A stretch of 64,000 nt of DNA, from assembly GCA_965153355.1 (NCBI GenBank), contig OZ231126.1, positions 47,306,001 to 47,370,000 of the forward strand, given 5' to 3'. Each line of letters opens with the position of its first letter. The first letter of the stretch is position 1. The notes under the pieces were generated by a model. That model did no database searches. It was not told the origin of the DNA and saw only the letters and a list, made by a program, of their open reading frames with translations. Origin of the DNA: Flaccisagitta enflata (taxonomy: Eukaryota). Positions 12,501 to 29,157 of this stretch are shown piece after piece. Made by a program: the position numbers and the translations under genes.

Positions 12501-14503
12501 CGATTGACGGTGTTGTTGGTTCCCACGATGCGGAAATATCGGACAACTTTCTTGGGAAAATACAACTTTTGCCAGGACCGACACAAGTACGTCGAATGAT
12601 CGACGATGGTTACCCAGTCTTTATCCTCATGCATAGAGGCCTCGATTTTGTACGAATAAGAGCGATTGTCCTTGTCCCAAAGCAGCATCTTGATGCAGTT
12701 GACGATGCATTGCATGCCGAGTTTAACGACGATCCCCGTGACCGGAGTCTCGTCGATAGGATGACGCGTGAAGCCGCGATCGAGGTCGTAGTTCGTATTG
12801 TCGCCGTTTAATAGCGCCGTAGGGATTTCGCCTCTTATTACCTAGGACGAGGAAGGGGGGCACAACAGGGCCGAGAAGAGGACTGTTCAAAACAAAGCAG
12901 GAATGCATTCCCAACGGGAGTTTTCTGGAAACCAATCAATAATTTGATGTGGGTTCATCCGGACTAATTAGTGTCACCCTTTCATTACTACTGCCACCAA
13001 TTGCCAGAGAAGTGATTTGTAGACCTTTTGGAGAACTTTGTAGCCTTCCAGACTTTTGAGCAATAGTCATTTTTTCCCCTTGACTATTTTTGAGTGACCG
13101 ATTTCATTGCGCGAAAAAAAGAAAAGCTGCCTCTTGAAAAAGGCCTGTTGAGAATCGTTTAGCACGGCTTAGAATTTGAAAAGCTTTGAATTTGTCACAT
13201 ATTTTCTTCCAATTAGCAAATTAGATTGAAATTCAGGGAAGCAATACATAGATAAAAGAATGCAGAAATCTTTTTACTTCGAAGGTAGTGCAGTTATGCA
13301 TTTAGAATAAGGTTTTAATAACGCATAGCCGAAAGAGCCAGAGTCCTCAAGGGAGAGCAAAAGGGAAATACTTCTCAATTCTGCGAAAAAAAAACAATAC
13401 ACGAGTTGTTTTGACAGCGACAGGGTAAGACTTGATTTACCTGCGCCCCATGTCTTGGATTGGCGACATTCTCATCGGGAATAAGATAGCCGCGGTAGCT
13501 GAGATCCATATCGCTGGAACGATGACGTGAATCGATAGCATCTAGGATGGCGTCGGAGGAAACGAGAGAGGATGGACGGACGACGTTGAGAAGCTCCGGT
13601 ATTTGCATTATGTTCAGTCTGATGCAGGATATGGGTCGCAAATGATCTTCGTCTGGATTGGCTTCGGCCCAAGCACGAACGGCGCGAAATATTTCTTCTT
13701 CTGGGGCGCAAAAGGAGTCTCGAGATACGATAGCCACAACCGAGTTGGCGCTGAGATTCAGAAAACTCTCGGAAACGAGAATCTCCGTCGCGTTGCGATC
13801 GAGATGGTTGAGACATACCGACTCGAGATAGGTCAGCGAGTAAAGATTGGCGACGTTGTAGATGTCGCAAACGTTGCGCGTTTCGATGATGGCCTTCAGA
13901 TAGTGGACGATGGCGTTCTCGTAGTCGGCAAATCCGTACCGATTGGCGAGACCAAGTTGCTCCAAAAGCTGGTCTTCCTTCAGGTCGACGAGGTTGATGC
14001 GGCCCGAATACACGTAGTGCAGCAGAACGCGAAAGCCCTCGGCGGAAGTATTGGGCAAATCCACTCGACCTTCGTGAGTTTCGCGAAGACCACCAAACAA
14101 CAGCGCCCTGAGAGAACAAAAGTTGATAATGATGAATTTTACATCATGTGTATTTATCACTGCTCAATGAAAAACACCGATCAATTTTCTCTCAGTGGTT
14201 GGTCGCCTAAGTACTTAACACATACTTAACATGCTAACTGATTAAGGAGATTTGACCTTCATTAATCAATAAGTAATTCTTCGCAGCTTGAGAAAAAGAA
14301 AAAAAACTTAATACTCGCCGGAAATATTCGCAACGTGCAGCCATGATGACTTTGTGCGCGTGAAACTCTTGGTTTTCCACGACGAACGTGATGTCGCTGT
14401 AATCGTTGGAATTGAGTAACGCGCTGATGTCGTTGGCGAGGCCCGTCACGTGACATACATCACCCGTCGTCGTCCGAGACCGCAAATGCGGATCCTCCGA
14501 CAT
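5949..14503 (-). CDS. BTBD9: BTB/POZ domain-containing protein 9 (BTB-BACK plus two F5/8C-like domains, low-complexity tail)
   Basis: Exons 14503-14319, 14107-13441, 12841-12289, 7887-7459 and a probable last exon 6595-5949 (~826 aa). Motifs: SDITFVVE..FHAHKVIMAARCEYFRALLFGG, SRDSFCAPE, YRGYLIPDENVA, YDWDSGYTCHQLGSGAIVVQL.QPY, IVGTHNTANEVFHCVHFECP. The core exons are secure; the 3' end is less certain (possible read-through stop at 7433). Confidence 0.93.
8307..8911. mobile_element. TA-flanked (Tc1/mariner-type) MITE in BTBD9 intron 3
   Basis: TIRs CTACTTAGGAAAAAAGTCTTCGTTCAC / GTGAACGAAGACTTATTTCCTAGGTAG, TA on both sides, inserted into an AAACTATATA array. Confidence 0.75.
10105..10277. 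mobile_element. Short TA-flanked MITE (pogo/Tigger-like ends)
   Basis: TA-CAGCTAAACCCCGCTC ... GAGTGGGGTTCAACTG-TA. Confidence 0.65.
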
Positions 14504-14838
14504 TTTTGATCCGTCAAAAGAGTCTTACCGAGTTCAGGTTCAAACTTGAAACATTCTAATTAAGCGTACCGAACACTCATTACGGCTTAAGCACATCTAG
14601 GAAAATCAAACCGGTGGAAAAAAAAAACAACGAGGATATGAAAATAATTCAACTTCGCGTGCGCGAAGGAAGGTCAATTGGTAGTAATTACGAAACCGAG
14701 TCCAAGGGGGTCCCAATGGAATAATTTCTGGATAGCAGTAATCCGCTTGACCAATGATCGATATATTTATTAGGCCTATATAAGGTATTGAGAACAAGTT
14801 ACTGGGTAATACCCAGAGTTCCCCATTCGTCGCGTCAG

Positions 14839-14891
14839 TCAATCGGTTTTCTCATTGGAAACTGGGTTTCTCCTCCAAATTTCGAAGTTAA
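14839..14891 (-). pseudogene. TSPO: Displaced 3' end of the TSPO coding sequence (LNFEIWRRNPVSNEKTD*)
   Basis: The minus strand reads TT AAC TTC GAA ATT TGG AGG AGA AAC CCA ... GAT TGA. Joined at TTAA to 22863-22866 it continues ...WSSFATAL in frame, matching the TSPO consensus LN[YF]..W..N. Confidence 0.85.
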
Positions 14892-15962
14892 GGGACGTGT
14901 CCACACTAATTCAAATCTTTCTGACACCAGTCTCTCTGTCATAGGAAGTGTTTTAGACCAAGTTGGGTCCATCTAGCCACCCAATGGGGTGAAAAATTTT
15001 GCATTCTGAAAAGTCCTATTTTAGAATCTCGATAACCAAATTCGTCGGCATGTCAATTTTCAGCAAGCTCAGATAACGGGAACATGTCCTAAATTTGCCC
15101 CAAAGTTTGTTCACATGAATGACGTGCTCAACAAAATCATTAAAAGATAAGAGCCAAGGCTGAACTGTAAGGAAACTAACGCAGAAGACGGCTGTTCTAA
15201 AAAAACGCCGCTTTGGTTTCGCTGTTTAGTGTTAACGTCTTCAACAAACAAAAAAACCGATGAGATAAAACTCTGAGAACGAATTTATTTTGTTTTTAGG
15301 TGCGACAAAGCACCTCTATAACTGGCTGTGTCCGTTGGTTGGTTGATTGGTCCGGTAACGCATTCGTTCGACGATCCACACGTCGCACCTTATTGGCCTA
15401 CTTGGCCTTGTTCTTTTGCTCGGGGATGGTGCGGAATTATCGACCCAAGAAATGAAGCCGAAAGAACAGGGCGGCGAAGCAGAATAATGCAAGGATACGC
15501 TGGGAGAGAGTGCGGTCAGCTGACGCGGAAAAGTTAGCAGGTACAAGTTTACTATGTTCGCTCTAGTCGACTGCACAGGCAGACTACAAACGCCACTAAC
15601 AAATTGCAGTCTGCAATTTTTAAGTGCATCCTCGCACTTCTATAAGAGGTCATGTCCGTCGGGTGGTCGGTCGGTTGGTTGGTTGGTAACGCAAACATTT
15701 AAAACGCTCAAAACGGCCAAATATGTCGTCTTTCTTCACTACTATCGCTTCTCATGCCTCACCACGCTCATTTTCATTCTTTTATTTGTTCATTCATTTA
15801 TTCATTCATTCATTCATTCATTCATTCATTTATTCATTCAAAACGTTCATTCACAAATTCTTAATCAAGCGAGGCGCACCTATTAGCCATGACTTGGCCT
15901 TGTTACATTTTTAAGAACCAGGTTTCTCTCTGTCTCTCCCTAGCTTTCTCTTAGTCTCCGTT

Positions 15963-15997
<35 letters not shown>

Positions 15998-16489
15998 GTC
16001 TCTGTCTTTGTCTCTCTGTCTCTCTGTCTGTCTCTCTGTCTGTCTCTCTGTCTCTCTGTCTCTCTCTGTCTCTCTCTGTCTCTGTCTCTCTCTCTCTCTC
16101 TCTCTCAAATCAGTCATTTATATAAACTCATGTTTACATTCGTTCAAAGCTATATACTTTTCAGTTGGGGACACGCAACTCTGTGGGAGGCTTTGTCCAT
16201 CCGTTGCTCTGTCGGTCCGTCCATTGGTCACGCTTGAGTTAAAAGTGTGAAGACACTTATTTACGATGCTGCAATTATTGTATGTGTGAGTGCGCATAGG
16301 GTGTGGGAGGGTATGGTTAGGAGTTGTATGCTCTTGCCCACCCATCAGCTACAATACTGTGACCCCGCGACAATTGTTCATTAAAAGAATACTTGTTTTT
16401 TGAACCTTGCAAAGTAGTAGTGTTTGTAAACTTTGTCGCATTGTTTCAATTATCCTTACTCAGTTTAGTCTTTGGGGTAGTCATTACAA

Positions 16490-16744
16490 CAGGCCTGTAT
16501 ATAATTGAGTTTCCCCCCCCCCTTGGCGGGGTTTAGAGATGGGGAAGGGAAAGGGGGAAAAAAGAGAAGAAAAAAAATTTGGGAGAAATATAACTTCTGA
16601 CAGTACCAAATCATAAAACTAGACTAGTAAAACAATTTATCACTATTTAAACCTTAAATACACTGTTTTAATGCTTTATGGGGAAGAAAATCAAAGGCGG
16701 GGGGGGGGGGGGAATCAAAAGCGACACAATTTTATACACCCCTG
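16490..16744. mobile_element. hAT-type MITE with 8-bp TSD
   Basis: CAGGCCTGTATATAATTG ... CAATTTTATACACCCCTG, flanked by perfect CATTACAA repeats (16482-16489, 16745-16752). Confidence 0.85.
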
Positions 16745-17202
16745 CATTACAAGTAATACAAGTAGGATTTCTTTATTTCCTCTGTCAGTATTTTGATACC
16801 ATGTAAAATGGACCGTAGCTTCGTGTACAGGACAGCGAGACGGGAAAAGATACCAAATTCAGCAACAACAACAGACTCATCCTCGAAAACAAACATTTTT
16901 CCATCCCAAACAAACAATCGGCGGGGCCATGCATCGCGACGCCGAGACCGGAAGCCGGCGCCTCCCTACGACGACAACAGTATGTTTCCGACTGTATCAG
17001 GCGGGTTCCAACACAATCTGGTTTGATTTGTCTTGGTCTTTGAAACCTTGCCCCATAAACATAAAAAGGTAACAAGGATAAAACAACGAGGGGCGCGCGT
17101 TGGCGGCATAGTTATGGTTCTCGTCTTCGAATTTGAAGGTTAACGGTTCAATCAGTGCCTGAAGTGTGTACCTGCCCAGACCTGATATTATTTATCTAGC
17201 AT

Positions 17203-17270
<68 letters not shown>

Positions 17271-18071
17271 TGCCCTCTCATAGCGAGATCAGGTGAAATT
17301 AACATTCAGTAAGTTTTTGTATTGTTTTATACAGAATTTGAATTTTATTTACTGAAATCAATAGAAATAAATCTTGTTAAAAGCTCTTTTTAAGATTAAA
17401 AAAAAAACTATTATTTTCAGCCTTGATTGCAATATAGATTGTTCAAGGCATTTAAAAAATTTTTTTCGTCATATAATCGTATTCCTGATGAAATTTCTTT
17501 TCGTTTGATAGGTCGCACTGTACAATTATATAAAAAAACGGCGTGCGGGTAAGCAGTAGCAGTGCTGGAAAAAGTCACTAAGGTATCTGGGCAGGAGCTA
17601 TATGCTCAAAAAGCTCAAAAACACTAAAAAAGTCAAAAGGGGACCAACCGACTAACTGACCAACCGACCAACAAAGCGGAGTGTGGAGTCGTGTAGCACG
17701 CGACTAAAAATGCAATTTTACATTTTTTAGCTATGGTAGCTTCAATATTGAAAATTGTATTTGTTTATAGAATAACTTTATGCAACCTATCTTATGAATA
17801 AAAATTTTATCAGTAATACAAATATACTTATAAAAATGCTCATATTCTATACAAAACCTACTGCAATTTTACTTTTCACTTGATGTTGCTATGAGAGGGC
17901 ACTGCACAGACTCCTGGTTTGGTTCGATGGTTCCGTTCGTCTTCAAAATGTTCGTTTGCGAAAGCTGGAGATGCCAAGGAGCAAGTGGACCAAATGCCTT
18001 TAGGTCAACATCTAAGTTCTACTGGTCCTTATGGGTGATTGAAAACAAAGCGATTCCCAAAGTAAGGAACG

Positions 18072-18175
<104 letters not shown>

Positions 18176-18341
18176 ACGATGACAGGTCATCTCTTGAGTC
18201 GCAGCTCTTCGTGCATCATCTATCTCTCTAGTCATTTTAGTCCTCATGAGAAATTAACTAATCAATATAGTAGTTTTTGTTTTTCGCAGGATTCCTTTTC
18301 GTTTTAGAGCAAGTGTCAGTATTTTCTTTGATCCAAAGGGA

Positions 18342-18452
<111 letters not shown>

Positions 18453-19651
18453 AACATCACGCCTTGGGTGCATTGGTCGTTGTGTGTTACATTTTATAAG
18501 GTGTGATAATATCGACCGTCACACTCGTAGCTGATATACACTGTACTCAACTTTCACGGCTAATATTTATCGGCGTTTTCTGCGGCACCCTTTCATTGAG
18601 CGAACCTGAAGTGTCCAGCTTCCAGCTTCCACAGCTCAACAAGACATTAGATTTGTGTTCCCATCACGGTTCTTAGTTGCAGACACGCAACACTTTGTCC
18701 ATCTTTCCGTCCATCCATCTGTCGGTCCGTTGGTCTGAGATGATCAAGTCAAAAAGTGGGAAATAGAGCGTTTTAGATGCATCTTGTGTGTTGAGGGGGG
18801 GGGCTGCCCACCATTCTGCGTCACTTGTTACAAGAAAACGTCAATGTCTTATATTTATCCCATTTGCATTTGTTTGCTCTTTGTATTCTAATGTTCAATC
18901 ATTGTTTCAATGTATTACAATAAAGCTAATCTAAATAGCAGATAGTCGCAAAGCGTCAAATGGTCAGCGGTACCAATTGCTCCTAGATCCTCAGACAGTG
19001 TATGTTAGAATGTGGTAGAGGGGCAGTGGCCCCTATGAAGCCAACGACCAATGCTTGGCTTCGATTTGAGCATGGAGGCTTGGATTGAATGACAGCCTAA
19101 TGGTTGGGTGTATCAATGAGCAAAAGTTCTTTTAATTTGATCTTTGATTTTGAAGGAAAGTACAGATAATAAGGCCGGATATACGGTTACCTAAGTCGCG
19201 TGCGGGTGGGCAGGGGCTATATCTCAGGTCATTAGACCATTTGGGCAGGAGCTGTGAGGTCCAAAAATGTAAATCATAAAAAAGTAAAATGTTACTAACC
19301 AACTGACCAGCCGAGGGACTAACAGACAAAGCGCAATTTAAAAAAATTTAAGAACTTCATCATTTTTATTTTTTACTTTTTTTTTTTTGTATAAACACGT
19401 TGAGTATCCGCACCCAGTTTTTTAAAAAACATAATTTTTTTTTAAAATTGTTTTATCTTCTGACATTATTTCAACTTTAAAGTTTTTATAGAAAAAAAAA
19501 ACAAATTGTGTGTAGTTTTGTTTCCTGTTTTTAGAAAATCATATTTATCATAATTAGTAAAAATAGACAAGATTATCTTAATATACATTATAAAAGAGGG
19601 GGGGGACGTATGGACGTATGTATGTACGGACATCTTGAAATTCACCCCTGT

Positions 19652-19893
19652 CACCTTGATCTGGGGGCTGAGAAAAACCCGAGATGAATCTCAATAGCTT
19701 AAATTACATGAAAAGCATACTTCTAGTTGCCCCAGTGGGAGGAAATTTTACATAAAGAAAGCCGATGGTTTTGCAGAGCTTCAGTTAAAATTTCATCTCA
19801 CTGGGCTAACTAGAGGTATGCTTTTCATGTAAATTAAGCTATTGAAACACGCTAGATTCATCTCGGGTTTTTCTCAGCCCCCAGATCAAGGTG
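19652..19893. mobile_element. Palindromic MITE nested in another dispersed repeat
   Basis: CACCTTGATCTGGGGGCTGAGAAAAACCCGAGATGAATCT and its perfect reverse complement at the other end; near-full hairpin. Confidence 0.8.
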
Positions 19894-20163
19894 CTTATGT
19901 CATACAGGACATTGGCCCTTTGAGGCCGCTTCCCAAAAAGGGAAAAGAAATTCCCAACTTTTCCTATCTGAAGCACCCAACCGTTGAGGTAACTTGAAAT
20001 AGAGGAAACGGCAGAGAGGGAAGGGGAAGACAAATGAGGTTGGATACATGACACGATAGTAGCAGACGGTTGGGCAGGGGCGGTGATGCAATTTAGAAGT
20101 ATTATAGACAGATGGAGGGATTGAAGGACCGACTTGACAAGTTCCAGAGTCGCGGTGGTAAAT

Positions 20164-20211
<48 letters not shown>

Positions 20212-20495
20212 AGTCCACGCACTGTGACAGGGCGCATCGTTGCCCGGTCGAGCTTCTTCTTCTCCTTATCTTTTTCTTCGCGTTCGTTTTTAGGTGTGCT
20301 AAAGCGATTCCATAGCTGGCTTTGTCCGTCTGTCTGTCGTTTGGTTGGTTGGTCAGCATTGTAAACGTTTGGTGATCCACATGGCGCATTTGGCCTTGTT
20401 TCCGTGTCTCGAAATCAGAATATGATTTTCGATTTACGTTTTCGGAGTAACTCAACCAAACGCAGATCGTTTCTATCGTTTAAATTCCGGCGCTT

Positions 20496-20692
<197 letters not shown>

Positions 20693-20755
20693 AAGAAATC
20701 AGAATATGATTTTCGAACGTTTTACGTTTTCAATCGTCCCAATTCCGGCGCTTGC

Positions 20756-20860
<105 letters not shown>

Positions 20861-22056
20861 AAAATCAGAGTATGATTTTCGAACGTTATACGTTCTCATC
20901 TCTTTACACTTTTTGCATCTGTTCATTTTACCAATAAAGGCGGCTAACCTAGGTTTGAAAACCCAGGTCAATCCTTGAGCTTGAGGTCTGAAGCTGAAAA
21001 CCCAGGTTAATCCTTGCTGCGTTCGTCGACTCACAAGGACAACATTACATCACGAGATAACAAGACCCAATACACGGCGATACAGTCGCGGACGGTTAGG
21101 AAGGAGCAGTAATGTGGAATCCGATCGTAATTCCGGATACACAGCCACCAGTTGCGGACGGGTGGGCAGGGGCGGATATACGCGTTTTCCCACTTTTCGA
21201 CTCAATCACCTCTAAGGACCAACCGACCGACCGACCGACGGACAAAGCCTCTTATAGAGTGGCGTGTCCGCAACTAAAAATGTGACCGACCTACGGACTG
21301 GAAACTTGCCTTCATGTCGCTTGAGACTAACATTTCATTATCAAAGTTCCAAGATAATCAAATTCGCACAATTGATGTCTCTTTGCCGGCGCCGCGTCCA
21401 GCTCTTCCTTTTCATATTGATCCAATGAGGATTGGATATCCTCAATAAATATGTCCCTTTCCCTCTCATTGGCTAAAATGATATGGGCAATCAACAACAA
21501 AGATTGACCCCGCCGCTCACCGTTTGCGCATTACGCGTCTGCGTAAGCTGACTTATGATCGATTACACGTGTTATTCAACCAATCCTTGATCGCATTCGA
21601 AAATGGTTATGGGCATGTAACGCCTGCACCCTGCTTGACCCGCGTACCAAGCATTTTAGTCGCTTGCACGGTACTCTACACCCCGCTCAGTCCGTCCATC
21701 CATCCGTCTGTTGGCCTGTCAGAAGGTTACATTTAGCTTTTCTATGTTTTATTCTCTTGCTAAGCGAATATTTATAAGAGGGTGTGAAGAGGACCTGTAA
21801 TGTGAAATTTTTTTTGATGCAAAATTGGTTGAAATGATGATTTCTGAGCAGTATGGCCCCTCTCCAGCCACTTTACAGCCCGCGCCCACCCAAACACTGC
21901 CCCTGCCCACCTGCAAGCTACTGCTTATTGCTTATTGGCCGTGTGTCCGGCCTTGTTTATTTTTTCAATTCACTGCTCCTGCCCAAATGGTCTAGTGACC
22001 TCAAATACAGCCCCTGCCCACCCGCACGCGAACGCGACTGGGGTAGCCGTGTATTT

Positions 22057-22156
<100 letters not shown>

Positions 22157-22233
22157 TCGACCAACAAACAGTGAGTTCTAAAAGCCCAGAGGGACGGACA
22201 AACAGACAGAGAAAGAGAGAAACCAACAGACAA

Positions 22234-22356
<123 letters not shown>

Positions 22357-22399
22357 TCGACGAACAAACAGTGAGTTCTAAAAGCCCAGAGGGACGGAC

Positions 22400-22479
<80 letters not shown>

Positions 22480-22598
22480 TCGTTGAGTTATCCTAGATTT
22501 CCATCGAGTATTCACGTCAAAGTTATCGTGAACAGAAGTCTTCCACATTCTTCTCTTTTAAAAATAAAACAACCGAAGTACTCACAAGCGAATATAGT

Positions 22599-22675
22599 GT
22601 GTCGGTGGCCTAGTGGTTAACGTACTGGCTCTCTGGATAATAGACATTCTTATTGCTGGGGTTCGAACCCTTGAT
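22599..22675 (+). other. tRNA-derived pol III promoter-like segment (SINE head or tRNA pseudogene)
   Basis: A box TGGCCTAGTGG (22606-22616) and B box GGTTCGAACCC (22660-22670); no intact cloverleaf or anticodon arm evident. Confidence 0.6.
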
Positions 22676-22819
22676 CAGAGTTTTTATTTCGTCTTTTTTT
22701 CCTTGATCACCCTCAAGACACGGGATTCTTTGGGGCAAAAAAAGAATTGTTCTAGTAAAGCTAGAGGGCTGAAATTTTATACAGCGACTCAGGAAGTCAT
22801 CAGGAATAGAAAACAGCAT

Positions 22820-26317
<3,498 letters not shown>

Positions 26318-26459
26318 CGATAAATTTTATTCTAGTAACTTTATATCAAAATGGGCATGTTACTTAATAGCATGATAAAGTTGCCATAATTATTTTCATG
26401 CATAACTTACAAAATTTAGTGACTGATTTTCCATCTTAGTTAAGACACCAAAGCAGATA

Positions 26460-27030
26460 CAGTGGGGTTCGTGGAATAACAGCCTAAACTGGAGGAAGGT
26501 ATTTAAGTGTCTTAATTTCATTTGACAAACTTGATATTTGAATTATAAGTTGTGCCTTTATGCTTTTGTCCCTAAGTTTGTTAAAACCAAAATTTTTTTG
26601 AACATTTATTAGAATATCAATATTTTGACAAATATCATCAGGGAACATTGATCAGAATTATACCTTTTCCACAGTATGTCCTGTAAGAATATTGCTCGTT
26701 TAGCCATTGCTATGGAGCATCATTTTGCGGTTGCTAGGTGTGATGCCCCCTAGCAACAGCCAAACGAGCAATATTCTTACAGAACATACTGTGGGAAAGT
26801 TGTAGCAAATTTAATTTTGAGCAATATTCCCTAACAATATTTCTCAAAATATTGATATTTCAGTGGTTATAAATGTTTGAAAAAATAATTTTGGTTTCCA
26901 TAGCAACCGAAAAACTCAGGGACAAAAGCCTCAAGAGCACAGCTTATATTTCAAATATCAAGTTTATCAAATAAAATTAAGACTTAAATACCTTCCTCCA
27001 GTTTAGGCTGTTATTCCACGAACCCCACTG
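26460..27030. mobile_element. Tc1/mariner-type palindromic MITE with TA TSD
   Basis: TA-CAGTGGGGTTCGTGGAATAACAGCCTAAACTGGAGGAAGGTATTTAAGT ... perfect reverse complement-TA; the interior is also inverted. Confidence 0.9.
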
Positions 27031-27273
27031 TATATTCGTGATGTCTATGAAAAAGACGAAGCACTGGATGGGTGATTGATTTGGACAGAGAGTGACGGAT
27101 AAGGCGGAATGAACGAAGCATACAAAGTTTGTATGAAACAGGGTACAAGTGAAAACAATGGGTTAATCTATTTTATCGACACTTTGAAATAGAAATTTAG
27201 AGAACTTGGCCACCAAAAGCAAAAGGCAAAGAAATCAAATCACAGATAGCAAGATCAGTTGATAAACTGAGAT

Positions 27274-29157
27274 TTACTCTCGCCTCGTTCGGGCAACTAA
27301 TCTATGAACCTTCCTGAAATACGAGGCACTGTCTGTAACATCACCATTATCCAAATTGTGCAAACCGCGATCGACAAGTTCAGTATTTTCGAAAAGACCA
27401 AGATTCTGTCTTGAATCAGCAATTGAATGTGATGACCGATCTCGGCTAGGGTTAACGAAAGAATCCCCGCCGGAGTCAGCTGATACTTTTGGAATCTTGG
27501 GCCCGACGGCTTCTGTTGGTGTGAGTTTCCTTACAGTATTTCGCGCATCCATGTCCCTCCCTCCCGCATTTTCGTTACGCTTAAATTCGTTCCCATTGCA
27601 TGAAATCCTGACTGAATGAGCAGATGCTTTCGGCGGAGGGCTCATCAGAGCGGCAGGGTCGCGCGGAGACGCCGTTGGTAAATATTTTGTCGCAGGCTGG
27701 GCCCGCGCCGTCGAAATTTCATCCACTTCGGAAGCGGCGAGAAACCGCAACGCAGCTTCCACTCGCGTAGATTTTCCTTCAGATACGGTAGAGACTTTGC
27801 AAGGAACTGGCGGAATGCTTGTCCGATTCGCCCGCGGTTCTGCAGCAACTGGCTTGGTACTGCCCTCAGATGTCGGAGGGCCAGAGCCAGGGACTACGCT
27901 GGCCGATAAAACAGTTGCGGCAACGGAGATACACTTCCCTTTAACGGATTTGCTTTGTGGCGGTTCACACGGAGAATCCGCATCCGTATCCTTGAGCTTT
28001 GAGGATGAAGCGGGCTGCGGCAGTGGAGACGATGAGGGCAATGGCTTGGATAGCGAGTCTGCAGAACGCCGGTTATCGACAACTAAAGTGGATTTGCTCC
28101 GTTTAGGAGCGTTTGCCGATGCTGGCGTCTGACCCCGGTGCGTGACAATTTCTGCATCCCCGTCATTCGGTCCAGATTCTCCCCTGAGATCTTCCGTTTG
28201 CTTCGCCAAAGTGAGTCGAGCTAAGGCAGCCCGTTTGGCGAGTTCCTTCTCTCGGCTTTGGTCGTTGGTCAACGAATTAACATCTTTGGGGCGACTTTGC
28301 GAAAAACCTGTTCCAGCTGGCGAGGCAACTACGCCAGCCACACCAGTGCTTTTAGCTATAGTCGGTCTCGTCACGGTGTTGGCAACAGTTGACATGGTAA
28401 AGGCTCGCCGTTGCTGATGGAGAGATTGGTCGACTACAGCCGCAGTTGAAGCTTTCACCGCTGGAGCTGCTGGTGCCGTCGAAATCGTCAAGGGTTCCTT
28501 AAGCTTCGACGCTTCCAGACGTTGGTTAGAATTTGTTGAAGTCGAAGCAGTCACCGTCATCAGCCCAGCAGAGACGCCGCCAGTCGTCGAGCGCGGAAAA
28601 TGAACAGTAATCTCGCGCTTGATTTCTCGAATCCATCCGGTCGAATTCTTCTTTTGCTCGCAGCGCGTCACGTCGATAGTGTATGGGAAAGATGGAAAGG
28701 AGGTCTCCAAATTCACGCTAGGCGATGTCTGATGAGCGTCATGATCTCGTTTTGTCTGTTCGATCTTCTGAGATACGTCGGTGGGATAGAAATTCCAGGG
28801 TCGATGGCGATTGTCGCCTTTCCACTTCCAAAAGACGCCCTCCGCCACGCCTCCGTCATCGGTGGAGGAGACCAAAGTGCGACGAATATCGCGCCGCTTC
28901 CCAGTGATCACGTTGCGCTGAGAGCCATCGATACCGCCAGAACTCTCAGCGACGCGTGGATGGGAGAAATGAACTTCATGCGACTGGAACACGTTCGGAA
29001 AATGACAAGATAGCGAGAACGATGAGCTTCGGTCTACCCATTTCTTCTCCAAAACAGCCGCGACACACGGCTCGTACGGCTCCCAAAAGTCAAAGTCGTT
29101 TCGCCACTCCCAGACGATAACATGAAATGCCGCAGTGACAACGTTAGGAGACGTCAT
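27274..29157 (-). CDS. Deltex-type tandem WWE-domain protein with a long Ser/Thr/Pro-rich tail and no RING/DTC (~627 aa, single coding exon)
   Basis: WWE1: HVIVWEWRNDFDFWEPYEPCVAAVLE...DIRR. WWE2: GVFWKWKGD...WNFYPTDVSQKIEQ...FPYTIDVTRCEQ...GWIREIKR. First ATG at 29157, preceded by acceptor-like TTTCTTCAG. Confidence 0.8.
   Translation of the reverse strand: MTSPNVVTAAFHVIVWEWRNDFDFWEPYEPCVAAVLEKKWVDRSSSFSLSCHFPNVFQSHEVHFSHPRVAESSGGIDGSQRNVITGKRRDIRRTLVSSTDDGGVAEGVFWKWKGDNRHRPWNFYPTDVSQKIEQTKRDHDAHQTSPSVNLETSFPSFPYTIDVTRCEQKKNSTGWIREIKREITVHFPRSTTGGVSAGLMTVTASTSTNSNQRLEASKLKEPLTISTAPAAPAVKASTAAVVDQSLHQQRRAFTMSTVANTVTRPTIAKSTGVAGVVASPAGTGFSQSRPKDVNSLTNDQSREKELAKRAALARLTLAKQTEDLRGESGPNDGDAEIVTHRGQTPASANAPKRSKSTLVVDNRRSADSLSKPLPSSSPLPQPASSSKLKDTDADSPCEPPQSKSVKGKCISVAATVLSASVVPGSGPPTSEGSTKPVAAEPRANRTSIPPVPCKVSTVSEGKSTRVEAALRFLAASEVDEISTARAQPATKYLPTASPRDPAALMSPPPKASAHSVRISCNGNEFKRNENAGGRDMDARNTVRKLTPTEAVGPKIPKVSADSGGDSFVNPSRDRSSHSIADSRQNLGLFENTELVDRGLHNLDNGDVTDSASYFRKVHRLVARTRRE

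Noticed and set aside
13472-14229. Alternative-frame and antisense ORFs over BTBD9 exon 2
   Set aside because: Shadow ORFs of a GC-rich coding exon.
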